This document shows, piece by piece, positions 1 through 10,212 of a DNA stretch of 64,000 nt (positions are counted from its first letter, which is position 1; every line of letters starts with the position of its first letter). The notes under the pieces are model-generated. The model was given only the letters and a program-made list of their open reading frames with translations. It was not told the DNA's origin and searched no databases. Made by a program: the position numbers and the translations under genes. Source of the stretch: a virus; IMG/VR virus record IMGVR_UViG_3300050343_000243, positions 15,463 through 79,462 of that record; one strand, given 5' to 3'.

Positions 1-586
1 AGTTTTTCCGGTTGACTCCAATAACAACCGTTTACAAGCAGCAGCGCAATGCTCTCATTTAGTGTCCACGAAGCCATACAGTGTATTTGGCTTACCTGTG
101 GAAAACTATATTATTTTATTGAGAAGTATTACGAGCTGCTTTTTGCCAAAAGTTCGCCTATAGGGGGCTAAAAATGGTACAAAATTTTAGACGTGTTTAA
201 TACCCTCTGTACCCGAACTACTGGTGCAACAAAAAAAATAACTACTGATACAACTGATGTTTCACCGCTCGCTTCGCTCGCTTGTTAACAACTGTTGTTC
301 GATTGCTTCGCAATCTCACGTTTAATCCTTTGTTCACGCAAGTCAACACACTTCAGTTAGTACACGATTGTGTAACACATCTGTTCTTCTGCATCGTGTG
401 TTTCCTACTTGCGCTCACATCTGTTAGCAGAAGTTACTACCGCTGTCTTTCATTCGTTGAAATCACACGCGAGAACTTATGCGTAACTTAAGTGAACCCT
501 TGATTCGCTTCGGGTACTACACCCTACCTCACCTACCCGTGCCCACTCCGTGGGCTTTATAACCATGTGTCTTTTACATAATTCAC

Positions 587-700
587 ATGTTTCTTGTATT
601 CAATTCATGGCTCGTTAGTAACGCGCTCATCATCAATGAATTCGGTAATCGTTACGCCTATACCTGGCGTGGTGAACCATTGTTCTGTTCAATTAAATGA
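587..700 (+). CDS. Small early protein (37 aa)
   Basis: ATG..TGA read by hand between hairpin copies 541 and 710; below ORF-track cutoff. Confidence 0.55.
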   Translation: MFLVFNSWLVSNALIINEFGNRYAYTWRGEPLFCSIK

Positions 701-755
701 ACCATAACTCCCCACTCTGTGGGGTTTTTCTTCATGTGTCTTCTATCTAATTCAC

Positions 756-911
756 ATGCGTAACTTCCAACTTCAAGTTCAATTCAACGGTGTTGGTGAA
801 CTCTATACGACCACGTGGTCACCACGTTCTTACAAGTCCGTATCCACGTTGTACAACATCTACACACGCAGGTTTCCCAATAATATCTATTGGATCTTAC
901 CAGTTGATTGA
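756..911 (+). CDS. Small early protein (51 aa)
   Basis: ATG..TGA between hairpin copies 710 and 919; AATTCACATG start context shared with 587 and 1496. Confidence 0.6.
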   Translation: MRNFQLQVQFNGVGELYTTTWSPRSYKSVSTLYNIYTRRFPNNIYWILPVD

Positions 912-1028
912 ACCTTATCCCCGCTCTGCGGGGTTTATCTTTCATTACTTCTTCGATGTAATTGCTTGTGCGTCTATCGCATTTCTTTTGCATCGTTGCT
1001 TGTCGGCATCTCTTTATATCTAAATTCA

Positions 1029-1208
1029 ATGACTAACAATCCATATGTGGATCAAATAATCCAGCAGACAGGTTGCACTGAACGTGAAGTTCGTGCCTTC
1101 TCTGTTCCTATGCGTCCGATGACCTTCCCTTGCGTCATCCACGGACGGACATTCGAATCACATGATGACTACATCAATGCGATGTATGACTACCTCGATT
1201 CAATGTAG
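1029..1208 (+). CDS. Hypothetical early protein
   Basis: MTNNPYV... part of ORF 966..1208; ends just before hairpin 1214. Confidence 0.65.
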   Translation: MTNNPYVDQIIQQTGCTEREVRAFSVPMRPMTFPCVIHGRTFESHDDYINAMYDYLDSM

Positions 1209-1260
1209 CTTTTACCCCCTCCGGGGGTTTTATTTGCGCGTGTTCTTCTTACTCACCACT

Positions 1261-1440
1261 GTGTCTAACACTTACACGCCTGTTCTCGTCGGTGCAACTA
1301 TCGGCCTCGGCCTTGCTGCCGTTGGCTTCTTCACCCTCCCCTGGTACCACGACTTCCTCGTCTGGTCCTACGCCTCACCTTGGACCTGGATCATTGGTAT
1401 CTCAGGTGGTGCTGCTCTAGCTATTGCTACAGACGATTGA
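1261..1440 (+). CDS. Small membrane protein (2 hydrophobic segments)
   Basis: GTG start after hairpin 1214; hydrophobic stretches. Confidence 0.6.
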   Translation: MSNTYTPVLVGATIGLGLAAVGFFTLPWYHDFLVWSYASPWTWIIGISGGAALAIATDD

Positions 1441-1495
1441 ACCTTAACCCCCTTCGGGGGGTTTATTTGCATGTGCAATTCATTTACCAATTCAC

Positions 1496-1693
1496 ATGCT
1501 TGCCACTAAAGCTATCCTTCACAAAGTCAACCGTACCCGTGGTCTCATCACTTGGCACTTCGTCGAGAATGAATCTAACGGTAGATGTAAAGCTATCCGC
1601 AATGACGGACGAGTGTTCGATTACTTGAACATCAAAGACATGCGAGAAGGCTACCGCTTCATGCGTGATACCTACGGTTTTCAACCTATGTGA
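1496..1693 (+). CDS. Hypothetical early protein
   Basis: ORF fills the space between hairpins 1447 and 1705. Confidence 0.7.
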   Translation: MLATKAILHKVNRTRGLITWHFVENESNGRCKAIRNDGRVFDYLNIKDMREGYRFMRDTYGFQPM

Positions 1694-1771
1694 ACAGAGG
1701 ATATGCCCCTTCCAGGGGCTTTTTCCTTCTTTGCCTTAATTGGCATTGTTCACTTATGATTTAATTTAACT

Positions 1772-1993
1772 ATGGCTTTTCGTATCCCTGGACGTAAAGA
1801 AAGCATCCGTGTCTTCGACCGTGTCAAATGTCTGGATACACAGTATGACGTCTTCGATGTTGGTGTACAACACGCTGACGGTGGTATCGACTCTGTAGTT
1901 GTCGGTGTATCTGCCTACTCTCTCAAGAAGGCTATTGCTGCACTCAACTCCAAGGCTGATGCCAAGGAAGCAGAAGCTCCCGCTACTGTCTAA
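1772..1993 (+). CDS. Hypothetical early protein
   Basis: ORF between hairpins 1705 and 2001. Confidence 0.7.
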   Translation: MAFRIPGRKESIRVFDRVKCLDTQYDVFDVGVQHADGGIDSVVVGVSAYSLKKAIAALNSKADAKEAEAPATV

Positions 1994-2045
1994 TGACTGC
2001 TCCCCCTTCGGGGGGTTTTTTCTTTTGTTTCGGACAACCGTTGAT

Positions 2046-2537
2046 TTACTTGTAGCGAATCATCAGGTTCTCGTCCTCATCCTCCGGTGCTAACGCTGCG
2101 GCGATGTCCATCAGACCTTTGCCTGCAAGTGATACACCTGTTGCTGGTAATACATACCTAGCACTAGCGGAGACTACGGGTTGTCCATATTTCATTGCTT
2201 GATGAGCAAGCATCGTTAACCGATCATTCGGATCAACTCCCTCAATAGTTCCCAACCCTCGTGTAATTGGTGATCCAACAATCTCACCTGTCATATTACG
2301 GACAACTCCCATAGGTGTGCCTCCCCTAGGGTCACCTTCGGGTAGGACAATGGCGTCCCGTACTTTGTCAGCGTACATATCATCAAACTGACGTAACTGT
2401 CCTCCAATAGGAGCAGCTGCGGCTACCACTCGTTCTCCAAGTGAACGCAGCATGTGATCAACCTGATCCTTAACTGTACGTGCATCTCCACGACGGTAAG
2501 TACGTCCGGGCTGATTACGATATGCCATTGTTACCAT
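2046..2537 (-). CDS. Hypothetical protein, counter-oriented, late-type promoter
   Basis: 163-aa ORF; TACAATAG at 2553-2560 (-). Confidence 0.75.
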   Translation of the reverse strand: MVTMAYRNQPGRTYRRGDARTVKDQVDHMLRSLGERVVAAAAPIGGQLRQFDDMYADKVRDAIVLPEGDPRGGTPMGVVRNMTGEIVGSPITRGLGTIEGVDPNDRLTMLAHQAMKYGQPVVSASARYVLPATGVSLAGKGLMDIAAALAPEDEDENLMIRYK

Positions 2538-2581
2538 TTATTTAACACCCCTCTATTGTATTCAATTAGGCTTATAAAGAA

Positions 2582-2767
2582 ATGATTAAGATACTAATAG
2601 CTACCCTGCTAATAATACCCCCTACCGTACTAATTCCCGCTACTGCAACACCTAATCTCTGCGAAGAGATAGAAGCTGTGCTGTGGGAAGCGGTAGAGGA
2701 TGGGTACATAAAAGAGCAGGTGGCCATAAGAGTGGCTGGTAACTGCTCACTCGAAACATACGAATAA
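2582..2767 (+). CDS. Small protein with signal-peptide-like N-terminus
   Basis: Hydrophobic N-terminus, two Cys. Confidence 0.55.
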   Translation: MIKILIATLLIIPPTVLIPATATPNLCEEIEAVLWEAVEDGYIKEQVAIRVAGNCSLETYE

Positions 2768-3139
2768 CAGCCATTACCCCTTCCAGGGGTTTTTTCAAAC
2801 GTTGTCCTTTGATAAATACGCATGACTACTGCTGTAATTATCTTCAGCTGGTTATTCGCCTTTTACGTAATAAAGACGGAAAACCCTTTTGGCTTATGAC
2901 AATGGTGCTATACGCAGCACTCACTATGGTTCTCCATCTTGAGCTAACTGCAACTCCAATTGTCCTACTGCCATTCATCTTCCCACGGGAAGAAATTGTT
3001 CCTATTTCTCTACAACCATGATTCAATTCGACTCACAAACTATCATCCTGGCTATCATTGGTATGACAGGACTATTTGCTACTGCAACAGTCCTTTCGTA
3101 CAGCTTTAAGCGCAACAGAACAGGTAACGGAAGGTACCA

Positions 3140-3361
3140 ATGAGAACATTAGATGGGAAAGAGCTCTCTGCTCTCAAAGACGAATATGCTTCTGCCGTTG
3201 TCGAAAAGATGACGAATGCAGAAGCTCGATCATATCTACGTCAGATTATCTACAACGATGTTGCTGTAGCTGACGGTCTGGACCTCTCTAAACGAATACT
3301 CAAAGTGTTCGGTGAAGAAGAGTACGACGATATGGTTGAGTTCGTCACCCGTAATAACTAG
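3140..3361 (+). CDS. Hypothetical protein
   Basis: 73-aa ORF with natural composition. Confidence 0.65.
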   Translation: MRTLDGKELSALKDEYASAVVEKMTNAEARSYLRQIIYNDVAVADGLDLSKRILKVFGEEEYDDMVEFVTRNN

Positions 3362-3443
3362 GTAGGGTATCCTCTCCTCTAAACCGAATAGCCTGGTCAA
3401 AAGATCAGGCTTAATATAAATCTAGTGATATATAAATAAGCAC

Positions 3444-3686
3444 ATGGGCTTCTATAACAATCCCTTCCAACTAGTGAACGACCTAGTGAACATCCCTTTC
3501 GGCTCCGATGTATATGTCATCTCTGATGAGAAATATAAGGAGTTAAAACAGAAACAGGCAAGAGATGAAATCTCTGTGCTCGAACGTAGGCTCGAATCTT
3601 ACGAAGTCGCGGCTACGAAACTACGAGATACCATCGCTTCTCTAAATGAGGAGCATGGTTTGCTCCCACCTCCTACTGATAAGTAA
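3444..3686 (+). CDS. Hypothetical coiled-coil protein
   Basis: 80 aa; VYVISD motif followed by coiled coil. Confidence 0.7.
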   Translation: MGFYNNPFQLVNDLVNIPFGSDVYVISDEKYKELKQKQARDEISVLERRLESYEVAATKLRDTIASLNEEHGLLPPPTDK

Positions 3687-3737
3687 CCAATGCCCCCTCC
3701 GGGGGCTTTTTAGTCAGTTGTTCTTTGATTGTCTCTT

Positions 3738-3983
3738 ATGACTATCATCTCAACTGCGAAACCTGTATCTCTTGAAGATGCTTTGGACATCGCTGAACAG
3801 CGTGCTTATGCCGCTAAAACACCTGCCTTCCCTCCTATTACCGACACTATTGTCTGGTTTAAACAGGTGGACTGGGCAGATGTACGTCAACGTGCTCGGG
3901 CTGGTGTCAACAATGTTGGTCTTGTCCTCGCTGTCGTTGGCGAGAAAGTACATGACTTTGGTGCCTTCTTGGCAAACGTCTGA
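3738..3983 (+). CDS. Hypothetical early protein
   Basis: ATG 18 nt after the TG box of hairpin 3692. Confidence 0.7.
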   Translation: MTIISTAKPVSLEDALDIAEQRAYAAKTPAFPPITDTIVWFKQVDWADVRQRARAGVNNVGLVLAVVGEKVHDFGAFLANV

Positions 3984-4176
3984 ACTTATGCCCCCCCTGG
4001 GGGCTTTTCTTTCATTTGTCCTACAAATGATTGCACATGTCATCAATCCTGATTGCACACCTGCAAAAACAAGCAGCTCGTCGCTTACGTATTGAGAAGC
4101 AATATGCGCTCGCTCGTAAGTAAGGAACCTGCCCCCTCTGGGGGCTTTGTTTTCCATTGTCTTCTATTTCTGAACA

Positions 4177-4323
4177 ATGGAACTCTATTCAGAACTTTCC
4201 TTGATCTCCGATTACAAGGAAGAAACCTACGACTGGATGTCATCTGATGACATTGACGTCGATGACTACGAGTACGTCCAGAACCTCGCTTCGGGCGTTG
4301 CCTCTCAATCTCGGTACTTCTGA
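4177..4323 (+). CDS. Small acidic early protein (48 aa)
   Basis: Read by hand between hairpins 4131 and 4330. Confidence 0.6.
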   Translation: MELYSELSLISDYKEETYDWMSSDDIDVDDYEYVQNLASGVASQSRYF

Positions 4324-4375
4324 ACTTATGCCCCCCCTGGGGGCTTTTCTTTAATTTGTAGTTCTCGTTATATTC

Positions 4376-4768
4376 ATGAGCGATTCAATCGAAAACACTC
4401 TTCCCAACTCAATCAGCACTGCTGATCTACAAAAGTTGGCAGACGCTGCTGCAGAAGCAGGGTCTAACAAGAAGACTGAAGAGGAGAAAACCTACGGTGG
4501 ACTCACCGTTGACGAACTCTGGGATGTCGCAGACGCAGGTTTAACTCTTATTCAAGAGAATTGTTCCCATCCCCTTGGACACAAGGTTGCTGCCATCATT
4601 GTCATGGGTAACATGCTCAATTGGCACAATAAGATGGCTGAGCAAATGATGGAAGATGGCGAATTTTCAAATGTTGCCGCTTGGCTCAAAGACGCAGGTA
4701 AATTCCAAGCCATCATGAACATCCTTCAAACCATTGAAATTGGTGACGACGACCCTACAACTCTCTGA
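4376..4768 (+). CDS. Hypothetical acidic protein
   Basis: 130-aa ORF between hairpins 4330 and 4777. Confidence 0.8.
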   Translation: MSDSIENTLPNSISTADLQKLADAAAEAGSNKKTEEEKTYGGLTVDELWDVADAGLTLIQENCSHPLGHKVAAIIVMGNMLNWHNKMAEQMMEDGEFSNVAAWLKDAGKFQAIMNILQTIEIGDDDPTTL

Positions 4769-5037
4769 TCCTTTGCCCCCCCCCTGGGGGCTTTTCTTTT
4801 ATTTGTACTTAGTAAAATACAAATGCAGTGGGCAGTTATGACCAACGCTCAAGAATGTCTTGGCGTATGGGTTTCATATGTAGATGCAGCACAGTTTGTA
4901 TCTGACAACTGTGAACATGAGAATGACATCTATGTCATCCCTTCCGAGGAGCTCACTAGTGAGACTGTCCTCTTGAATGCCTGACCTTGCCCCCTCTGGG
5001 GGCTTTCACAATCATTGTTCTTCAATTGATTGCGTTT

Positions 5038-5250
5038 ATGGCAACTTCCTTCGATTTCACCATCATCAGTGACACCACTGTACCTGGTATTTCGTTGGTC
5101 GTAAGTCATAACGAAGATGCATTCAGCTACATCACGGAAGAAGAGAACATGACCTGTCTAGATGATGGATCTGTTCCTCTTGCTACTGACAAAGTCGGTG
5201 ACTTCATTTCTGACGCTGGTTGGGATAAATACTCCTGCGAACTCGTTTGA
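5038..5250 (+). CDS. Hypothetical acidic protein
   Basis: MATSFDF... between hairpins 4989 and 5266. Confidence 0.7.
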   Translation: MATSFDFTIISDTTVPGISLVVSHNEDAFSYITEEENMTCLDDGSVPLATDKVGDFISDAGWDKYSCELV

Positions 5251-5311
5251 CTTCGATCAACCATTGCCCCCTCCGGGGGCTTTATCTCTCATTGTTCTTT
5301 ACATCACATTC

Positions 5312-5740
5312 ATGACTGACAAGACCTACGCATCATTCAACGCTCTCACCATCACTGGTCGCGTTTCTCATGCGGAAATGGTAGAAGGTAAGTATGGCAA
5401 GTTTCTTGCTGTAACTCTCCTGTCTGAATTGCAGAATGACGCACCTGCTGTCGCTGTTCAATTCAATCAAACTTCTGGTCTTCTCTTCTCCATCTTTGGT
5501 AAAGACGAGACTGCACTGCAGGGTCGTCTGGTTACTATCACTGGACATCTTGAGTCCTTCACCGAACTCTACTTCGATAAGAAGATCGGTAAGACCAAGC
5601 GCCTTCAGCGTCCCCGTCTCCAACTGTCCAAGGCAGTTGTTCTCGACGGTGGTCTTGGACCTAGCAAGCGTAAGGATGAGCCAGTCGATTCCGATATCGA
5701 GATCGATGAAGCTCCTGAACTTGCATCTGCAGAGTACTGA
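5312..5740 (+). CDS. OB-fold ssDNA-binding-like protein
   Basis: N..TITGR..., G.LV.ITG.L pattern and acidic C-terminal tail typical of SSB. Confidence 0.55.
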   Translation: MTDKTYASFNALTITGRVSHAEMVEGKYGKFLAVTLLSELQNDAPAVAVQFNQTSGLLFSIFGKDETALQGRLVTITGHLESFTELYFDKKIGKTKRLQRPRLQLSKAVVLDGGLGPSKRKDEPVDSDIEIDEAPELASAEY

Positions 5741-5751
5741 TGCAGCCACGT

Positions 5752-5778
5752 GGCACCCTTCGGGGTGCTGCGTTTTTT
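5752..5778 (+). terminator. Intrinsic terminator
   Basis: GGCACCC-TTCG-GGGTGCT followed by T-tract. Confidence 0.7.
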
Positions 5779-5805
5779 ATTTTTTAAAACTGACTAGGAC
5801 ATACT

Positions 5806-6015
5806 ATGACTACATCAAAAATCACTTATGAGATCCAAAAGAGCCGCTACGGACTCTATACATCAGTACAAACTGATGGAACTCGTATGGTCACAGGACC
5901 CACAGAAGACGCTTGTCGTTGGGTGACTGATAATATCCACATTCCGGTGCTTGAAGGCACCTACAAAGGCTTCACAAGTGTCCCTCGTAGCGCTACTGTT
6001 GACGGGAAACTATAA
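5806..6015 (+). CDS. Hypothetical protein
   Basis: 69-aa ORF ending VDGKL. Confidence 0.7.
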   Translation: MTTSKITYEIQKSRYGLYTSVQTDGTRMVTGPTEDACRWVTDNIHIPVLEGTYKGFTSVPRSATVDGKL

Positions 6016-6041
6016 ACTAGTAGTACTACTAATTAAAGCAG

Positions 6042-6218
6042 ATGAATATCCAACGCTTTGCCGGTGACAGCAAAATAATGCAAAAGATGGCAGCTGATAT
6101 GGCAGCCAACGAAGCACTCATGCGTCGTAATCAAAGCGAAGCTATGCAGAATGCATACCTAGCAAGATCTAGAGATATATCCGCTACTGGTATCACTAAT
6201 GCCGGAGCATTTTTTTAG
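6042..6218 (+). CDS. Small protein with RFAG motif (58 aa)
   Basis: Read by hand: MNIQRFAGDSK...; TAAACTAG upstream. Confidence 0.55.
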   Translation: MNIQRFAGDSKIMQKMAADMAANEALMRRNQSEAMQNAYLARSRDISATGITNAGAFF

Positions 6219-7092
6219 AACCATTCTTGCCATTGCCATTTGAACGCAGTACGTCGTGACCAATACTGACATCACCACCACCACTGTTAATAACTAGAGC
6301 ACGATCTCTATTCTCACCTGGGCTATCCATCCTCTCTGCTGTATTACCAGGACTTTCAAACCTAGTTGAGGCAATCTCTGGTGCAACTTCAGGACTATCG
6401 TATTGATAAGCGTTAGCTAACTCAAGTGGAGACAGACGATCAGCTTTCAGTCGCTTAAGAATGCTGTTCTTCAATGAATTGATCATTTCATCCCCTTCCC
6501 TGGCACCTTTAGTTCTATTCTCATACTTGCTTTCAAACATCATATTACTCCTGTCAGCAGACTGGCCACCATATTTCGCGTGAGGATTCTTATGTCCTCC
6601 ATCAAGCCCTGTCTCTTCATATAAAGAACCGGTGACTGGGTTCTTACCACCATCTAATTCCTCTATTCGATCTAAAGCACGAGCCAAACGTTCAGCACCA
6701 TCTAACTGTTCTACAGCACCAGAACGTAAACCAACTTTAGCTAGCTGGCTGGCACCTGCAGGGGCAAGAATCCGTTCACCTGCTTTACGTAACTCTTTTG
6801 TATGAGCACTAGGTGAACTAGGCATAACAACAGGTCCGTTCTTCTCTGCATCTATAGCCATCAACAAAGCATCGATGGTCTGTGGACTATCGCTACCCCC
6901 ATGCATCTGCTTGGGGATTAACTTCATTTTTCCCCGATCTTCAATTCTGCCATTAGTTAATTCGGCTAAGTCATAGTGACTACCTACTGCTTCTTGAAGC
7001 ATTGCAGCATCACCAAGACCCTGCAGTAGCTCAGGGCTGATATCACCGTTTTTAATTAATTGTGCTACTAATAATGCTTCATCGAAGACCAC
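6196..7092 (-). CDS. Hypothetical protein with HNH-like segment
   Basis: DGGHKNP..GG...N.......N..KG pattern. Confidence 0.6.
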   Translation of the reverse strand: MVFDEALLVAQLIKNGDISPELLQGLGDAAMLQEAVGSHYDLAELTNGRIEDRGKMKLIPKQMHGGSDSPQTIDALLMAIDAEKNGPVVMPSSPSAHTKELRKAGERILAPAGASQLAKVGLRSGAVEQLDGAERLARALDRIEELDGGKNPVTGSLYEETGLDGGHKNPHAKYGGQSADRSNMMFESKYENRTKGAREGDEMINSLKNSILKRLKADRLSPLELANAYQYDSPEVAPEIASTRFESPGNTAERMDSPGENRDRALVINSGGGDVSIGHDVLRSNGNGKNGSKKMLRH

Positions 7093-7262
7093 TCACATAC
7101 ATACTTATGATTATGTTTTTCCCATAAGTATCACTTACTACTCCTACATGTTATCTATAACTAATAACTTACTAAAATAAATAAAGAACCCAAAAATACC
7201 TATTAGTCAAAACAAATGCCCCCACTGGGGGCTTTATTCGTTGGTGTCCTTTGAATACATAT

Positions 7263-7823
7263 ATGAGAAGTTTCGCCAATGAAATGTATGTAGGTGTGGA
7301 AATCAATCCACCCTGCCCTCACTCTGTAGTTCACGCATTCGACCTAGACGACACGCTCTCTTCCAAACCTCAAGGGTTTGACAACACAGGAATGACCAAA
7401 GATGAATTCTTTGATGCCAGTCGTGACTTTGAGCCTGATATCGCTGTCAAAGATGTTGTTGAACTAATGCATATGCATGGTGATTGCATTGCTATCACTA
7501 CTGCCCGTCCACCTGAACGCTTGGCCGAGACAGTCCACTGGCTGTCAAAGCATGACATTCCTTTTGATCAAATCATTTTGAGCCAAGGAACTGTTCCTTC
7601 ATCCATTGCCAAACAAGCAATGCTTCAGAAGTTACAAGACGACTATCACGAAGTCGGCGTTCTATTTGATGACTCCCCTTACAACATTGAGGGTGCTCGT
7701 CTACAAGGCATATCAGCTATTCATCTACGTAAGAACGATGAGTACTGGGCCGCTAACCCCGAAGATGTTTACAGGTACGAAGATGAACAAGCACGAGAAG
7801 AAGCAAATCAAACTCATTGCTAA
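7263..7823 (+). CDS. HAD-superfamily phosphatase (PNKP 3'-phosphatase-like)
   Basis: FDLDDTL motif I, TARP motif II, FDDS motif IV. Confidence 0.85.
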   Translation: MRSFANEMYVGVEINPPCPHSVVHAFDLDDTLSSKPQGFDNTGMTKDEFFDASRDFEPDIAVKDVVELMHMHGDCIAITTARPPERLAETVHWLSKHDIPFDQIILSQGTVPSSIAKQAMLQKLQDDYHEVGVLFDDSPYNIEGARLQGISAIHLRKNDEYWAANPEDVYRYEDEQAREEANQTHC

Positions 7824-8001
7824 AGCAGACGCTTGCACCTCACGTGAGGAAGCTGTGAAACTTATACTCAAAGCAGAGAAACTTCGAGCTAAATTATTAG
7901 CGAAGAAGCTTTTATCTGATGCCAATTAACACTGTATTATTCGGTCTCGCAATGTTCCTCATTGGCGAGATCACCGGAATAATTATACCTACCTTACATT
8001 A

Positions 8002-8490
8002 ATGATCAAAAAAATATTTACTGTACTTGCAGGACTTGCAATTGCTTCTCCTGTCAATGCAACTAGTTGGACAGATGTCAATACTCTGACCGATCTAGTA
8101 AAACAAACTGGAACTACCGTTGAAGCGCGAGACTGTCAACGCGAAGGTCTACAAGGCTTTTATCAATATGATCAAGAAGCAGGGATAGATCTACTCGTTG
8201 TTTGCTCAAACGTTGTTGATATGTCTGACTCCGATGCTGTATGGGAAGTTGTTTCTCATGAAGCAACGCATGTCATGCAAGCATGTATAGGTGGACCTGT
8301 CTTGAAAGACACCTATATCCCCCGTGTATTGCGTGAACTGCAAGAAACAGCTCCTCACTATTATCAAACTCTTCAGCAATATCGTGGCGATCACAAACGC
8401 TACGAGCTAGAAGCGTTCTGGATGGAACTACGTGCTCCAAATGTTGTCCATGAATTCTTGGACAGATCTTGTTTCGCACAACCTGAATGA
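8002..8490 (+). CDS. Secreted Zn-metallopeptidase-like protein
   Basis: Signal peptide; HEATH (HExxH) plus downstream E.EA. Confidence 0.7.
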   Translation: MIKKIFTVLAGLAIASPVNATSWTDVNTLTDLVKQTGTTVEARDCQREGLQGFYQYDQEAGIDLLVVCSNVVDMSDSDAVWEVVSHEATHVMQACIGGPVLKDTYIPRVLRELQETAPHYYQTLQQYRGDHKRYELEAFWMELRAPNVVHEFLDRSCFAQPE

Positions 8491-8542
8491 CATCTGCCCC
8501 CTCCGGGGGCTTTGTCTGTTCATGTTCTTTCTCTAGGAACTT

Positions 8543-8761
8543 ATGAACATCCCAATGGTGAGTATCCCTCAAGTCCAACTTGATCAACTCATTCGAGATC
8601 TGCAAAAAGCAGAAGGTTACTGCCGTAGGGCACGTCCTGCTTCACGTCATCCGTCTCGTGAAGAACTATTCGCAGAACCTACCGAGTTCTACTCCGGTGC
8701 ATCTGGCTTTGCCGGTGCAACTCTGCGGAATGCGATTCAAACTATCGAATCGTACCTGTGA
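8543..8761 (+). CDS. Hypothetical early protein
   Basis: Follows hairpin 8496. Confidence 0.7.
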   Translation: MNIPMVSIPQVQLDQLIRDLQKAEGYCRRARPASRHPSREELFAEPTEFYSGASGFAGATLRNAIQTIESYL

Positions 8762-8770
8762 TTGGTACAA

Positions 8771-8800
8771 GCCACTGCCTTCGGGTAGTGGCATTTTTTT
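8771..8800 (+). terminator. Intrinsic terminator
   Basis: GCCACTGCC-TTCG-GGTAGTGGC followed by T7. Confidence 0.85.
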
Positions 8801-8966
8801 ATTTAAACTACAAATATGTGTGAAATCTTATTTGCTTACTTAATTATCAACGCTATTGAAGCCACTCCTGGCCACATGCGGGTTGAACAGTTGCGTTATA
8901 CCGACGGTATCCATACTGAAACTCGTGTAATCCATGTTCCTACCCAAGAGTATTTAGACTGTTGGG

Positions 8967-9161
8967 ATGGACAAAGATGAACTAAAAACTAAAATTCTAG
9001 AGGAGATTGATGATGTCGAATATCGATACTACGCTCTCCCTCATTCTGGTCTTATCGCTGACTGGTTTATTCACTACTGGGATCTCGCAGAGCTTGTCAT
9101 GCAGTACTTTGACGAGCCTTTTTATAAGCCGCAAAAGTCAACTGAGGATCAGATAAAATAG
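8967..9161 (+). CDS. Hypothetical protein
   Basis: 64-aa ORF. Confidence 0.55.
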   Translation: MDKDELKTKILEEIDDVEYRYYALPHSGLIADWFIHYWDLAELVMQYFDEPFYKPQKSTEDQIK

Positions 9162-9182
9162 AAATATTGCTTCTATATTCTC

Positions 9183-9800
9183 ATGGGTAAAAATCGGTTT
9201 AAAGATAAGTCATACAACCCTAAATACGGCATTGGCGGGCGTGTAACAAGTGACGATCTAAGTATCGACGGTAGGAGTTGGGATTACCGTGACCCACAAA
9301 ATAAGAAAGAGAGTGCACATCGTGCAATGGATGACAAAAACCCGAACTCATATGACTACACCAATCCCTTGTACGATTACTCATACGGTGCAGTCCGTGA
9401 TGCTAGTGAGGCAGTAAACGTTACCAACGTCAATAGTAAAGGCGACGTTAAGCAACTCATCGACTACCTCCAGAAAGGTCCCGAAGATAAGCCTGCTGAA
9501 GTAAAAGTATTGCCTGTTACAGACAAAAAGGAGGTTGATGCTCCTCCTCCTAAGCCTTATGAGCAATCACCAGAACTAACTGAAGCTAAAGAGCGTGTCC
9601 AAGTTTGGGAAGATTCCAATGCTGGCACTGATCCCTCTCCCTTTGGAGGCGAAAGGTTGGACTTCAAGTCAATGGTCTTCGATGTTGATTCCAACAATGG
9701 CGCTTCTGCTCAAACATCTAGTGGAGAAAAAGCACAGAGCCAGCTCGAAGTATTCAAGAACAAATTAAAAAATCGATTACACTTCCGGCCAGTACTCTAA
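9183..9800 (+). CDS. Hypothetical hydrophilic protein, late-type promoter
   Basis: 205 aa; TAAAATAG at 9154-9161. Confidence 0.75.
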   Translation: MGKNRFKDKSYNPKYGIGGRVTSDDLSIDGRSWDYRDPQNKKESAHRAMDDKNPNSYDYTNPLYDYSYGAVRDASEAVNVTNVNSKGDVKQLIDYLQKGPEDKPAEVKVLPVTDKKEVDAPPPKPYEQSPELTEAKERVQVWEDSNAGTDPSPFGGERLDFKSMVFDVDSNNGASAQTSSGEKAQSQLEVFKNKLKNRLHFRPVL

Positions 9801-9871
9801 AAGCTACATAACTTGCGTAGCTTCGAAAGCCCAGTCAAGTACTGGGTTTTTTAGTGCCTACTACCAAAAAG

Positions 9872-9985
9872 CTACGCTAACTACGCTGGGAGCCCTATAT
9901 ACCTTTTAAAAAATAGATAGAAGGGGATACCCCAGTGTGCGTATATAAAAAAGAGATATATAGAGAAGATGTGTAGCAAACGTAG
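9872..9985. repeat. CTACG-N4-CTAC ... GTAG-N4-CGTAG inverted element, copy A (ori- or operator-like)
   Basis: CTACGCTAACTACGCT identical to 38333-38348; AT-rich core. Confidence 0.7.
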
Positions 9986-10212
9986 TTTTTACATATTTCT
10001 ATTGGGGTACTGTTTGGACAGTTCCCTTGCAGCGCAGCGGAATACGAGCAAAAAACCACGATTAGACTTAGCTACAGTAGCTCTGTGGCAAGAGTATTTA
10101 TACGCCATTAAATGATCGATTAATAAAAATTTACCGAGCCCAGTTCTTAATACAGAGCTTCCTTTCGGCTAGTAGCACAGTAACGTTTATGCGAATAATG
10201 AAATTCGCATTT

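Noticed and set aside
2001-2015. Copies 2001 and 31977 as promoter-type elements
   Set aside because: Both lack the +13/+14 TG and face a convergent gene; 2001 has a TTCG loop and long T-run, so it is more likely a terminator
541-5280. CRISPR array interpretation of the hairpin repeats
   Set aside because: Spacing is irregular (about 140-920 bp), the intervals are ORFs, and no cas operon is present; the Cas4-like gene is an ordinary phage exonuclease
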